Assembly (NCBI GenBank): GCA_051294375.1
Contig: CM119265.1
Location: 8,502,772-8,566,771 of the forward strand
DNA from: Paraspadella gotoi
Lineage: Eukaryota; Animalia; Chaetognatha
Direction of reading: 5' to 3'
Length of the DNA: 64,000 nt
Every line of letters starts with the position of its first letter. Within the stretch, counting starts at the first letter, position 1. Of this stretch, positions 1 to 12,921 are shown in pieces. The notes beneath the pieces were generated by a model that was not told where the DNA came from, made no database searches, and saw nothing but the letters and a program-made list of their open reading frames with translations. A program made the position numbers and the translations under genes.

Positions 1-218
1 TGTATAATAACCTTATCTAACTTTTAAGTCTATCAGATCCATTAAAAAAATTGAAAAAATAAAAACAATTTTAACTATATATAGTAATAAAAAATCTTTA
101 AATGCTTCCGTGGCTTATAATAAAATAATTTTTTAAATTATTGTTATTTTCATATTCCTAACAGTCACTTTATCATTATTTATTGAGAGAACTTCTAGTT
201 TCGACTGTTCCGGCCTAC

Positions 219-1380
219 TATCCATCCTTCATCGCAAACTCGCTCTCGTTAGTCTACAGACTCTTACAGTCTACTCTGTTCCTTGCAGCCTTCTCTCATT
301 TCCCTATTCACCTTTTCCTTCATTCCCTTTCTCGTCATAGCAAGACCCTGCAAGCATTCAATCAATACACTCCCTGTTTATAAACTCCCGAATGCTTTGT
401 CCCTATAAATAAGGTGTATATATATTATCATTAAATGTTTGATAAAAGTCTACTTTCTTTTTTTCTTTTCTTTTTTCTTCCTAATTCCCCTCATCTTTTT
501 TTCCATAACCTCTACTCCAATTTGGATGTACCCTTTTCCAGATACGTAACTTCAATCTGTACTTCCTTTCCCCTCTCACCCTTCGACTTACAAAAACCAC
601 CCATTGTTTTCCATAATGCCACTTTCCCCTACACACTGTCCACAGTGTCCACAGTCCTTCCCACCCACTGGTCATAACTTAAGCCTTTCCTCTCGCGAAC
701 CAAAGAAATCCGGGATTTAGTCATGAATAAGTCCTTCCGTCCGTTTGTTTGTCCGTCTCTTTCTTCGTTTCTTTTTATAGGTTACTACTTCCGTGTCGTT
801 CCTTTGTTATGCTGTTCCTTTTGCTCTATTGTTTAGTTGTTCTTTACTAAATGAAAGGGAGAGAAGAAAAATATTACATGTACTTTAGACTATAAACACC
901 CTTCATTTTTTCAGCGTCTGAAATACATTATTAACTGTCTTAAAGAACGTCATTAAATTTAGGTAAAAAAATAATAAGTAGTACGATGTACATAGTTTTG
1001 TCCTTTTAGTAAATAGTGGATAACACATTACTAAGAGATTTATTAAATACAAACGATTATATTATCTTATCAATAGAATAACATAAGAAGAAATATATAA
1101 CGCTCAAAGATTAATAACTAATATAAAACAAGCATAATATATATCGGCACAGGCTCTTTCTCTCCGACTCCCTGTCCCGTCCATTCTATCACTGCGAACT
1201 ACCGCGCGCCCCGTCTCCGTAGCGCCAGAAGAAGGTTCGCACACCCTTCGGCGGTTCCTAGGACGGCGCACTCCTTCTCGCGAAAACCCGCCGGGGATGC
1301 GCGTGATGTTGCTGGAGCGGCGCCACTCGGGTCTGCAGACCCCCTTCTTGAGGCGCAGCCGCTAGCAACCGAAGAAAACT
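219..1380. repeat. Copy of 11672-12690; near-identical to ~1010, then increasingly insertion-noisy
   Basis: Both start TATCCATCCTTCATCGCAAACTCGCTCTCGTTAG and differ mainly by single-base indels. Similarity persists noisily to CCCCTTCTTGAGGCGCAGCCGCTAGCAACCGAAG (~1340-1375) vs CCCCTTCCTGACGCAGCAACCGGAAG (~12663-12687). Confidence 0.85.
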
Positions 1381-1404
1381 GCGTTCGCTCGGCTCGATGT
1401 TATT

Positions 1405-3625
1405 TCTCAAGCGCTTTACATCGCGCGATTGCGACGTGCCACTTGCGCGTAGGGACCAACGCTCCTGCTCGCGGTAACGTAACGCGCGGCGAGACGTCTA
1501 ATGGTGGCGCTCGGAGCAGAGCGAGTAACCTCGGCGACGCGACGAGCGCGCTTCGTTTCGCGCTTTGGGAAATCTCTGAGGGGAAATGCGATGCGAAAAA
1601 TTTTCGTAGGTAATCGGTCGGGGTTGAAGAATGGCGCGAAAGAATGTCAGAAGAATACTTGAGGAGAAGCAGCGGACCGAATGCGATAAGTACGTTTGGA
1701 GAAGTCGAGGGGCGCGGATTGAAGATTTTTCCAATTCCCGGGGATTATGAACGCTTCAGTTCTTCACAACGCTCAGGGTGGTAGTGGCGGCCGTCGACGG
1801 AACACCGCGGTTGCTAGAACGCAACTGTACTCCCCGGTACGACGCCACTATTGACGCTACTTGGGAGATCGAGGGAGGTGCCGTGCGCAATTGGGAGTAG
1901 TCTGTCGTTGCGAGGGGAAGCTGATTACGAAGATCGTGGCGCCGCTGGAATGGAGGGCGCATCCGTTAGTGAAGAGTCGATTCTTCAACTTTGAGCGGGG
2001 TTACGGTTGGAAAACACACGGCATTGTCGAGGCAGGGCGGGGCGGAAGGTGTTGCATTCTTGATTTGGCGCCGTCGCGGTCGACGCGAGAACACGATCCT
2101 TGGGAATCAGAAGATTATCCGTCGAGGCGAAGATGAAGATCCCGACGGTCGCCGGTGCGGCTCGAGGTCTGCGGCAGCACGCTGCGCAGCGACTGTCGAT
2201 GACGGCCGATGACGAAAAGCTTCGACTGACGCTGAACACGATACCAAATGATAACGGCGATCGGCGTCGACGCGCAGTGGTGGCGTGCTTCGGTCGAGCA
2301 GGTGCCGATTGGTCGAAGCGAAAGTGGGCGGCGTTTTACAGATGCAGCGTCTTTGCGAAAGAGACGGATGCAGGGCGAAGAATTAGAAGATTGAGGAAGA
2401 ATTAGCAACCCGACCCGATTCAAGAGCGGGAAAAGAGATTTAGTAAATCAATTCGAAGGTTGACGCAGTGAAGAAAGAAAGGAAGTTGTTTCGGCTTCCA
2501 AAAGACTAACGTTTCGAATGAGAGGAAAAAGGACGAGAATTCCGGACTCTAAAAATGACTTACACGATCGATTAGCAAGCTCGACGGTTACCCTATATGC
2601 ATCTAAGCGAGCGATGAGCTGAAGACGGAAACGTTCAACGAATTCGCGATCCGTGTCAAACGTCTGGACTTTGGCAGCGTCAATGCAAAGACGAGAAAGC
2701 AACACGTGCCGCTCCATCTGGCGACGATTCGAGGGCGCAAAAAGAAATGCATTTTGACGATAAACTCTTGCGTCTCGGAGCGAAGTCGACGTCAAAACGC
2801 AGGAAGGTCAAGAACATTGTTTTGATGATCGCGGCAGTCGACGGAGACAAGCCACGCTCGAATTCTCTGCTGGACGCGGCGCGGGTATCTTGGACTCTTG
2901 TAGACCATGACAAAAGACGGCGTTGTTGCCTTCGCCATTCGAAGCGCGACTACGCGGAAGTCGCTCCGGCTCGGACTCTGCGATCGAAAAGCCGACGTCA
3001 ATTCCACGGAGGGCGACGTCTGCTGTTTGCAGAAAAAGCGGTTGGAGGGCCTGCGGAGATTCCTGGAGCGGATTTTCGAGCCGGTCGTCGCCGCATTGCT
3101 CCGAGGGAGTCTACGTCGCGATTGTCGACTTGGACGAATAAAGTGCGGGAACTCTCCGTGAGATGTAGATGGGGCGTACCATCCTGTTACTTTTCGGATG
3201 GTTCGAGGATAAAGACCGAGAGGCTTCGGTGCGGGTTGCCTGGGAAAAGTTTGCGATCCATGATGAGAGGCCTCGTCACGAAGCCGGGAATTGGATTTCT
3301 TTCAAGCGGGTCAGCAGGGGTATCGAGAGTTTCGTCAAGGGAATATTTAAAACAAAAGGGCGAGGTCGCGGAACGCGCGCTCGACCGCGAAAAACGAAAC
3401 GGCGCTTTTCATTCTCGCTTGCTGAGAGACAGGACGAAAAACGGAGATCAGATGGTCAAGAGTCTCTTGGAACACGGCGCACAGTCACAGTTTGCGATAC
3501 GGCGGTGATGGAAAAGGCTGCCATTGAAATTGGGAAAGGGAACGGACCATCACGCGATTGGTCTGGATGGCTCTTGTATAAAAAGTCGAAAGATGATCCG
3601 GGAACGAATAATTTATCGAAGGTGA
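1405..3625 (+). pseudogene. Ankyrin-repeat coding sequence with many frameshifts (sequence error or pseudogene); possible BTB-like segment near 1940-2000
   Basis: Ankyrin-like motifs in shifting frames: SALHRAIATCHLRV (~1410), IVLMIAAVDGD..SLLDAA (~2815), KADVNS..LLFAEK..GAD (~2990-3075), QMVKSLLEHGA (~3450). EWRAHPLVKSRFF resembles a BTB start. No continuous ORF. Confidence 0.45.
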
Positions 3626-3879
3626 AATGAGATTCCTTAATGTAGTCGGGCATGTGCGATAATTAAAAAAAAATGTTCGACCAACGCCTATAAGTTATGA
3701 CCCTTCAGTCATGACCGGGTTGGCACATTGAGTACGCGAGACAATTAAGTTTACACTCATTAGTAATGTAAGCGAATAATTCAGAAATTAATAATTTATC
3801 CATCCCAAAACTATTCATCAGCTCCTCACCGGAAAATACTCCCTGGACCTGCATTCGAGCATATTACCATCCCCGCGGT

Positions 3880-4853
3880 CAAATCCTTTCTTGGTCCGAT
3901 TCGGATTCCCTGTCGTTCGAAGGATATTCGTTCGTTCGCTTTTGTCTCTTGGCCAGCAAGATTCTCATCTGGGGCGGACGACAGCTATCACGACTCGACT
4001 GGGACAATCGTCTTACACTTCGTTCGACTTCATTCCACGCCTCGATCATAACGACCTCACTTCTGGTTCTGGAGCCACGTTCCGAGCCTCCGGCTGACAT
4101 CCCGCCACCGCAACGCACACTCTGCGGGGTCGTCGTCTTCGGCGATCTAGTCTACATTCTACGGAGGTCAAACCGCCGCCGTCGGTCGAGAGGCTGAAAC
4201 GAAGATTTATTCTTCTCTCGGTCGACGGAAAACTTCGCCAAGTTGGTCCGTGGACCTTGTCTCTGCTCCTTACTCCCGCGGCCAGATCTGCGTGGGCAGA
4301 GGGTTGGATTCACTGGCGGCATGCTTTGCTTCTTGCGAGCCAACGGTCGGGGAGAATCCTGAAGTTGGCAGAGTTTGATCCCGATGAAAATACGTTTCGG
4401 GTTTTTGACCAAACGAAGGAACGCCTTCCGCGGTTTTTTAAGCCTACTATGGACTGCCACCCGTTCCTTGGCGAAGTTGAGGAAAACAAGTTGTTTGCTG
4501 TGGAATCCACTAGGTCGGGGGGGCAGTTAGGCACTCGTTGAACCTAGAGCACGTTGGAGTGGCGATCGTTTTCCGCGGGATTTGCTAAAATCTTGCGCAG
4601 ATCTCACCGTCTCTGCGATTTAGAGTCGGAGGTTTATGAGTCAGTCGGCGGCAAAGGGTCCAATCTACGGTCTGCGGTGTTTGACGTCGAGCAAATCGTC
4701 GGGCGCGGCGGCGAAGTGAACATCAAGCAGAGAGCTCTGGAAGGAGGGAGAGTATTACAAGCACCAGCGCTTCGTGTCATTTGGTGGATTGACGGCAATA
4801 GTCCAAACGTGATCTGGCTTCGGCGGATACAGGAAAGCGGGAGACATGTCTGA
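3880..4853 (+). pseudogene. Kelch-repeat-like coding sequence with frameshifts
   Basis: GG-centred kelch-like blades across frames: KILIWGG, PPQRTLCGVVVFGDLVYIL(GG), EVYESVGG, LRVIW/GG-IDG. Confidence 0.4.
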
Positions 4854-5304
4854 ACATGTATTCTACCAATTCTACGTTTCGTATCAGGGGGGATTTGGAT
4901 GCTAGCTGATTTTATAAAATTGTTGATTAAATTATTAAAATTACGTATTTTTTCCTCTCCATTTTTTTTTCTTTTTTTTTTACTTTCTTTTTCCTTTTTT
5001 CGCTTCTCGGCAAATACCTTATTGAGCTTGATTTCCAAGGGGGGCCTTTTTTGTTTTTAACAAAAATTTCCCCAACCCCCAAATTATATTAAATTTTAAC
5101 TAATACACATTCCATCAATTTATTTTTAAAAAACACCGTTTCTTGTATTTGCGACGAGTATTTTTAGTCGTCATTATTTTAATTTTTTTTAAAAAATTAC
5201 ATTTGCTCTGTTGTGATATAACATGCTAAACAAATAAACAGCTGTTACTCACACTCCCGCCACCTGCCCATCTCACCCCCCCCCCAACTATCGGCACCGT
5301 TGCA

Positions 5305-8060
5305 CTGAACGTAGAGCAGATTTGAGCTGCCAACCGCGAGATTCCCGCTCGTCGTCGACGTTCTGATCCGAGAGAAGAAGAACTTTCCGCTTGAGACAGC
5401 AACGTGACGGCCTCGTCGCATGCGGCGCTTGCTCGCGGTAGATCTGTTTTGGATTTCGAGCAATTTGATGTTCGTCGTCCGATGGGGATGCGTCGCTTCA
5501 TCTCCATACATCTTGACGGGTTGCTGCCGGTCGAGTGGGGTCGCAGCCGGTCAGCTGGGGAGGTGTCGACGCGGGTGGGTTTGTTCGGTAGAGTACAGCC
5601 TGGTAGTGACTGGTGAGGGGAGGGCCATCTTTTCGCTTGAACTGCATGGGTTTTTTTTTTTTTCGAAAACTATGAAATGTTTTTTTTAAATTTTTAATGT
5701 CTGAACAAGGATTACACTCGGGACATGGTATTTTTTCATTTTCTGGACAATACTATTATAAATAACATGATATCACATATATAGAGTGTTTGCCCAGTTC
5801 CTCTTCAATCTCTTTGCAACGGAGAATTCCCGAAATTCCTCCGCAAAAGATTTCAGAACAAGCAATAACATTCCGGGTTGTCGGAATGGGGACAGTAATT
5901 TATCCAGCGGAGTTTGGAACTTTTGGGCCTTATGGGGCACGTCGAGCTTTTTCTTCACCGAGAAAGAAAAAAAAAACGAAAATAACGCGGGCACGCTTTT
6001 TACTTCCCCCCCCCCCAACTACTCGGGAAGGCTGGGTCACGTGATCTCTCACCATCTTTAAACCCGTCGAACGATCATCACAATGGGATCGTAGTTCACC
6101 GGCGCGAAGTAAACAAACAAACAGGAATAGTATCGATTTGTGGGGTGTGTCATCGGTTCTGCGTAGTCGTTAGGCCTCTAGGGTGTGCCCGTCTCAAGGC
6201 AGTTAAATATAATGTAATTTAGATTTTAATTAAGACTCATTGAGTTCATGAGTTTTCCTTTAATCTCCTTTCCCTTTTTCTGGATTCAAATGATCTTTCT
6301 TTTTTGGGAATAAGGAAAAAGAAATACAAGGAACAATAAAAAAGAACAAAAAAGAATCGAATTCCGCGGCATAACATTTCCTTCGTTTTTGTTGTTTTGG
6401 CTCTGATTTTAGAAATCGTGACTCGAGGCGACGGAGAATAGAAAAAGAGGGAGAAACTAAGGAGACAGAATTAATTGGATTTCAAGAAAGAAAAGAGGAA
6501 ATTAGTAAAAAAACAAAAGGGAAGCTCGATTAGAAATAATTGGGGTCAGAGAAAATAGAAGATAATGAGACGAAATGAATGAAAAGAAGGAAAACAATGA
6601 AACGAAACGAACGCCAGATGAGCAAACAAACAAAAAAGGGATGACCCTAATCAAAATTACCAAAAAGATAAAAGAGAAAAAAAAGGATAAGGAAAATAAA
6701 AACTAGATCGGTCAATCAAATGTGTTGCGCCGCGAGTGACTACGACAAGTCTTGAAACGAGATGCCACAAAGTCTGGTGGTCCTATCACCACAGATGGAT
6801 TAAGCTGTTTCTTTCGCAGCCCCCTGTAAAACAGCCATTCACAAGAAGCGTTAGTAATGTCTTACCAGTCTGGCCAAGTATTAATTAAAACAGGGTTTCT
6901 TAGCCCGAGTATTTATGACACGTACTGTACGCATCCCGTCTTTTATTCTTTATAGTTTTAGGATTTCCTAAAGGCGGCGCTAGCAGTCCACTTAGATTGG
7001 AGGTTGACACCAAAGATGAGCAACCAACTATAGGCGAGCAATTTTATGTAATTGGGACAAACCGACGGACAGACATACGAACGACCAACCGAAAAGTAAC
7101 TTATTAGAGTTGCTCCGCAAGTACTCGCGTAGCAACTAAAAAAAAGGCCCCGAAAAAGTCAACTGACCACCCAAAGAGGATTATAATCCCTTCCCGACCT
7201 GCAACCCGCTCATCAAAAAACACCTTCCCCCGAAAAATCTCCACCCACCTTTCCGCAGCGCTCCATCTTGGTTGGCGAGGGGGCCGGGTGATCCGTGGGG
7301 TGATGGTGGTGCCCGAGCGGTCGTCGAGCGGGACGTCGTGTACGAGGCTGTATCTTCGGACTTTGGCGATTCCGATCTTGGAGCAAATCGACGATCGATG
7401 AGTTGGGCGACCGTGTTGGAGTCGTCACGTTGAGGGTTTTGACGGTTCCGTCCAACATGCGGACGCGGAGGAGTCTGGATGAGAGGAGGGGGGGGTGGGG
7501 GGGGTGGAGGTAGAGATTTTGAAACTTTTTGAAAGTGTTGGATTTAAAGTTTCGTTGTTGGCGTTAAATTTGTACAACCAATAGAAAAAATTATCCATTC
7601 ATTTAATAAATGAGTTATCTTTCCCCTGAGTTTGGACAGGCTATACTGGCTAATGGCATATAGTAGTTTAGATCTTTCCTTATTTATGAATGGTATATTA
7701 TTTCAAAATGTTTAATTTGTTTTAATTAAACTGTTGACTATCTTGCTTCTTATGAGAGAGAAAAAAAGAAAAAGAAAGAAACACAAAGAGTAAGAGAGAG
7801 TTAGATAGAGAGAGAGAGAGAAATAAAGAGATTGAGAAAGCGATTAAGAGAGAGAGAAAAATAAAGAAAGGAAGTAGATCAACCTTGCGCTTGAACTTGA
7901 TGCTTACTTTTACCAGAGATGTGGACGCGATCCAGAAAAGCGTAAGCGAACACTGGTGGAGCGGCCGATTTTGTGAAGAACCCGACAACCGGAGCGATAG
8001 AAAAATTGGAGAATAAAGGATTGAACCCGAAGCTATAATAACCCTGCGGTGTTCGCTTCC
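5305..8060 (-). CDS. TLN: Talin-like FERM head (F0/F1/start of F2) exons, frameshifted
   Basis: Minus-strand exon ~7250-7475 reads LLRVRMLDGTVKTLNV(D)DSNTVAQL..SKIGIAK..YSLV (talin: RPLKIRMLDGTVKTIMVDDSKTV..RIGI..EYSLV). Exon ~5305-5610 gives fragments of HTDDE, EAVTLL, KFFFS, DQNVD and NLLYVQ (talin: LHTDDE..ETLLLRRKFFYSDQNVD..QLNLLYVQ). Exon ~7884-8060 ends SIKFKRK. Confidence 0.8.
7054..7145. mobile_element. Probable end of a Helentron/DINE-like non-autonomous element
   Basis: GACG/GACA-type microsatellite followed by stem-loop AGTTGCT(7108-7114)...AGCAACT(7131-7137) abutting an A-run, the layout typical of these elements. Confidence 0.4.
7572..7642 (-). repeat. Truncated copy of repeat family C (3' half of twister-like motif plus tail)
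   Basis: About 70 nt matching 43843-43912 and 47946-48015; minus strand CCTG-TCCAAACT-CAGG-GGAAAGAT. Confidence 0.8.
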
Positions 8061-9108
8061 TGGTCAGTTGTTCTTATTGGTAGAAATGAAAGGTATTTAA
8101 TGTATTAAAATCTTGCAACCCCCTGTTTTTTCTTGATTTTTCTTATTAAAATTTTGTTTCAATATTTAAATTTGTTGATGCTGCTTAATTTTTTTTATTC
8201 ACTTTTTCTTATTCTCTCTTTACTTTTTTTGGTTTTCTTGTACTCTCTTCTTTCTTGGTCGAGAATCTATGAAAAAACATTACATATTTATTTTTTTAAT
8301 TATTTTTTTAATATATTGGAAATAAAATTGAGCTGAACAAAATATTTTTTCTATCTGAAAAAAAAACTGTAATTTATAAGTTAAATGTAAAATATCAAAT
8401 GAAAATTTTTTAATTCTAATTAAACTAAAAGAATATTTTTTATATTTTGTTATTTTTTTTTTTAAATTTAAGACTATGTTTTTTAAATCCAAACAAGTTT
8501 GAACCAAAAGAGATTGATCTGTTTATGGGCAATACTGCATAGATTGTGCATACATACTTATATCTCTAACACACACTCTCTGTCTCTCTATCTTCTTTCT
8601 TTTTTTCCCCTCTGCACTGAATAAAAAAAGCAAATAATAAAATTATACGGGTAAGAATAAATATCAAAATTATTACATAAATAAGTTTGAGCAAACATAT
8701 GCCGGATCTGCCATGATCATATCAGGTAATTAATTGATTAATTAGTTGAAAAATAATAAATTTTAATTAATTAACATATTTATTAAATTAAAAGAATAAC
8801 ATCGAACATTTGGCCAGCTCAAATGATTGAACAAAGACGACAACGACGACGAATACAATGACGAGACGACCCGTAGTACAGTAGTGGTCTCACCCAACCT
8901 TATTATGGCTAATCCTAATGTAAATACTAGTTGTTATTATTTTATCATTTTTGCTTGTTTGTTTTTCGTTTTTTTTATTTATATAATTATACAAAAGAAT
9001 GAAACCATAGATGATGATGACGAGGAAAACACCGTCCATGATTGATAGATAATTGATTGATCAATTAAATGAAATTCATATCAGGCCTGTTAGTTTTTAG
9101 GTCTTTTC

Positions 9109-9133
9109 NNNNNNNNNNNNNNNNNNNNNNNNN
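9109..9133. other. Assembly gap (25 N)
   Basis: Run of N. Confidence 1.
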
Positions 9134-9693
9134 TTTCTCACTCTCTCACTTTCACTCTTTCTCTTTCTCCCGTTTTCAATTTGTTCTAATTTCTCCCTCG
9201 ACGAAAAAGTTTCTCTCCGGGTTTTGAAAACGACGGAGCGTAGAATTACAACAGCTGCGCCACCCAGGGAAGAGTGTCTTTTTGTTTGGTCGCCCTCTAT
9301 AGGAAATTCCCAGAAGAATTCGCGAAACCAAAACAAAAAGAGACCGCAGTTTGGGGAAAAAAAGTGCTTTTTTTTCAAGTTGATAGAGTTTTTGATTATT
9401 ATTTCTTGTCAAATATTATGCTATTTCGAATAGTATTCAAAACAGGAATTTACGTCTCCTCGTTGTCCTTTTTATCGGCTATCTCTTTATATTCACGTGT
9501 CTAAATCGATATTTCTAGAATGTAGTAGTTAGTAGTAACTCAAAAGTAAAAAAAATGAAAAAAAAAGTTTTTTAAACTTTTCGCTCAATTTATTCGTTTT
9601 TTTTTTTTTTTTTAAACAAGTTGTTTAAAAAAAAAAGGAATTTTTCTCACCAAACAACCTTAGCAGAAGGCGGAAGCCAATAACGGAAAGATA

Positions 9694-9777
<84 letters not shown>

Positions 9778-9917
9778 ACCCTCCATTTCGAATTTGATTT
9801 TTTTTCAGTGATTGCTTTGTTTCGTTCCTTTTGAATCACGTTTCCATGGTGCTTGTGAATCGATCAGGCAGGCGTTGATATTTTAATCAATTCCGCAAAA
9901 ATCACCACCACACTGTG

Positions 9918-10001
<84 letters not shown>

Positions 10002-10121
10002 CCACAAAGTCAGCCATTCTCTCTCTATTCAGCTTTGTTACTGGCTATCCCACCCTTATTATTCTTTGCATATATAACTATTAACACATTATTCTGTTTA
10101 ATGTTCAAAACTGTTTTTTAC

Positions 10122-10161
10122 GCGCTGATGAAGACTCGTAATTGAGTCGAAACATGCCTGT
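10122..10161 (+). ncRNA. Decayed minimal type I hammerhead ribozyme (Penelope-like pLTR remnant)
   Basis: GCG-CTGATGA-A-GACTC-GTAATT-GAGTC-GAAA-CATG-CC-TGT: core and stem II intact, cleavage triplet GCC instead of GUH, weak stem I. Preceded by (CT)n and followed by AATAAA. Confidence 0.7.
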
Positions 10162-10657
10162 ATACTAATAATAAAATTCGTTTTCAAACAATTTTCTAAA
10201 TCTCCAAAAACAACGAAAAAGATAGAATTTTACCATGAATTATTAACAAATAAAGTTTAAACATATTGAGTTCTGCCAAATATTTACATAGCTGTGAACA
10301 AACTTCACTAGACCCGTCGGCCATTTAACCTTTGCCAATGCAAGTAAATTCGATTCATTGAAATCTCCTTATATGGAAAATCGATTTCCTCAACATCAAA
10401 AAGGGTTTTCAGTCAATCTGCATCTGCACCTCCATCAGTTTCTGCACATCCATCTGCAATGACGAATCACAAATGGCGCCGCGATAAACCCGTGACAACC
10501 GGAGGCGATAAAATCGCGAAGGGAAATCGAAGGCGATAAAATTTTCACCGAAAAGGCTGCCGATGATAAAATTCACGAGTTGGCAACTTCATTATTATGG
10601 TAGAGGTTTATAAACTTAAGGAAATGACATCTTCATTGTTAGTTTAATCTAAGAGAG

Positions 10658-10753
<96 letters not shown>

Positions 10754-11153
10754 GAGAGAGGGACAGCACCGGCGCTGACAAAGTCGTGACGTCGGGTTAA
10801 ATCGCTGACGATAAAAATTGTCATTCCGCCGCCCGGCTTCGCGCGGCGTCGCCCGGCGTCGTTTCTGGGCGTCACAGGTGTGTGAAGCGGCGTCGATTTT
10901 AAAATGCGGCTCCGCTCGATCGCTGGGTAATGGAAGCGGCCTGACCCGGCTGGTGTTGAGCCTTTATGTCCTAATATATCGGCGGGAGTAAAAGGAGCTT
11001 CCTCAATCTGGCGCCACGAGTTAAGCGTTGAGCCGTCATAAAGAATACAGAGTTCTCCAGCATACGATGCTGGGGTATTCTTCGCCATCACAAAAGCCGG
11101 TTCGTTCCGTCACGGTCGATTTAACGCCACCAAAAGCCCGCGAAAAAAAAAAA

Positions 11154-11572
11154 NNNNNNNNNNNNNNNNNNNNNNNNNNNNNNNNNNNNNNNNNNNNNNN
11201 NNNNNNNNNNNNNNNNNNNNNNNNNNNNNNNNNNNNNNNNNNNNNNNNNNNNNNNNNNNNNNNNNNNNNNNNNNNNNNNNNNNNNNNNNNNNNNNNNNNN
11301 NNNNNNNNNNNNNNNNNNNNNNNNNNNNNNNNNNNNNNNNNNNNNNNNNNNNNNNNNNNNNNNNNNNNNNNNNNNNNNNNNNNNNNNNNNNNNNNNNNNN
11401 NNNNNNNNNNNNNNNNNNNNNNNNNNNNNNNNNNNNNNNNNNNNNNNNNNNNNNNNNNNNNNNNNNNNNNNNNNNNNNNNNNNNNNNNNNNNNNNNNNNN
11501 NNNNNNNNNNNNNNNNNNNNNNNNNNNNNNNNNNNNNNNNNNNNNNNNNNNNNNNNNNNNNNNNNNNNNNNN
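11154..11572. other. Assembly gap (419 N)
   Basis: Run of N. Confidence 1.
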
Positions 11573-11671
11573 AAAAAGAATCTTTATCTTTCTCACCCTC
11601 GCGTTTCCCTTCCACATGAGATCCGTCATTCTCTATCCAATGTATCCATCCATCCATCCATCCATCCAAAG

Positions 11672-12690
11672 TATCCATCCTTCATCGCAAACTCGCTCTC
11701 GTTAGTCTACAGACTCTACAGTCTACAGTCTACACTGTTCCTTTCAGCCTTCTCTCATTTCCCTATTTCCACCTTTTTCCTTCATTCCCTTTCTCGTCTC
11801 ATAGCAAGACCCTGCAAGCATTCAATCAATACACTCCCTGTTTATAAACTCCCAGAATGCTTTGCTTCCCTATAAATAAAGTGATATGATATTATCATTA
11901 AATGTTTGTATAAAAAGTCTACTTTCTTTTTTCTTTTCTTTTTTTTTTCTTCCTAATTCCCTCATCTTTTTTTCCATAACCTCTACTCCAATTTTGGATG
12001 TACCCTTTTCCAGATACGTAACTTCATCTGTACTTCCTTTCCCCTCTCACCCTTCGACTTACAAAAACCACCCATTGTTTTCCATAATGCCCACTTTTCC
12101 CCTACACACTGTCCACAGTGTCCACAGTCCTTCCCACCCACTGGTCATAACTTAAGCCTTTCCTCTCGCGAACCAAAGAAATCCGGGGATTTAGTCATGA
12201 ATAAGTCCTTCCGTCCGTTTGTTTGTCCGTCTCTTTCTTCCTTTCTTTTTATAGGTTACTACTCCGTGTCGTTCCTTTGTTATGCTGTTCCTTTTGTCCT
12301 ATTGTTTAGTTGTTCTTTACTAATGAAAGGGAGGAAGAAAAAATATACATGTACTTTAGACTATAAACACCCTTCATTTTTTCAGCGTCGTAAATACATT
12401 ATTAACTGTCCTAATAAGAACGTCATTAAATTTAGGTAAAAAAATAATAAGTATGTACGATGTACATAGTTTTGTCCTTTAATAAGGATCCTTACTAGAG
12501 GTTTAACACGTTTATATCTTTAGAATACAATAATATAACAAGCTTAAATTAAACAAGCTTAAATATTACAGTATTATTCTCTCCTCTCACTCCATCTCGC
12601 TCCCCCTTCCGCAGGTTCCGCCCCCTCAAACCGGGATCGAGGCTGCGCCCCTCGGCACGCCCCCCTTCCTGACGCAGCAACCGGAAGTCG
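11672..12690. repeat. Second copy of the 219-1380 segment
   Basis: Direct sequence match; begins about 100 nt after the large gap. Confidence 0.85.
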
Positions 12691-12828
12691 CCCAACCGGA
12701 TGTAATGGGAAGGGACGCCTCCTCCTCGTCGGCGGCGTCGGTGGCGCCGGAAGCGGCGACGACGCCGACGACGTCGTTCGGCGGAATGACGTTTAGGAAG
12801 AGAAAATGGATGCCGGGGATTCAGTCAG
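12615..12828 (+). CDS. Isolated putative internal exon, unknown protein
   Basis: Pyrimidine tract + CAG acceptor, open frame VPPPQTGIEAAPLG...RKRKWMPGIQS, donor AG|GTGAGA. Partner exons not identified. Confidence 0.4.
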
Positions 12829-12861
12829 GTGAGAAAGTTGGGGGGAAGAGAGTGGGGGGGA

Positions 12862-12921
<60 letters not shown>

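Noticed and set aside
481-760. CxxCxxC in a minus frame as a Penelope GIY-YIG linker
   Set aside because: No GIY-YIG or RT motifs nearby; frames are full of stops.
6140-6210. Further twister candidate on the minus strand (AGGCCTAA, GACGG)
   Set aside because: P2 and P4 do not pair and L4 does not match.
10260-11150. Minus-strand ORF fragments next to the gap
   Set aside because: No recognisable motif or consistent splice structure.
11028-11705. ORFs of 185-225 aa
   Set aside because: Artefacts of translating through the N gap.
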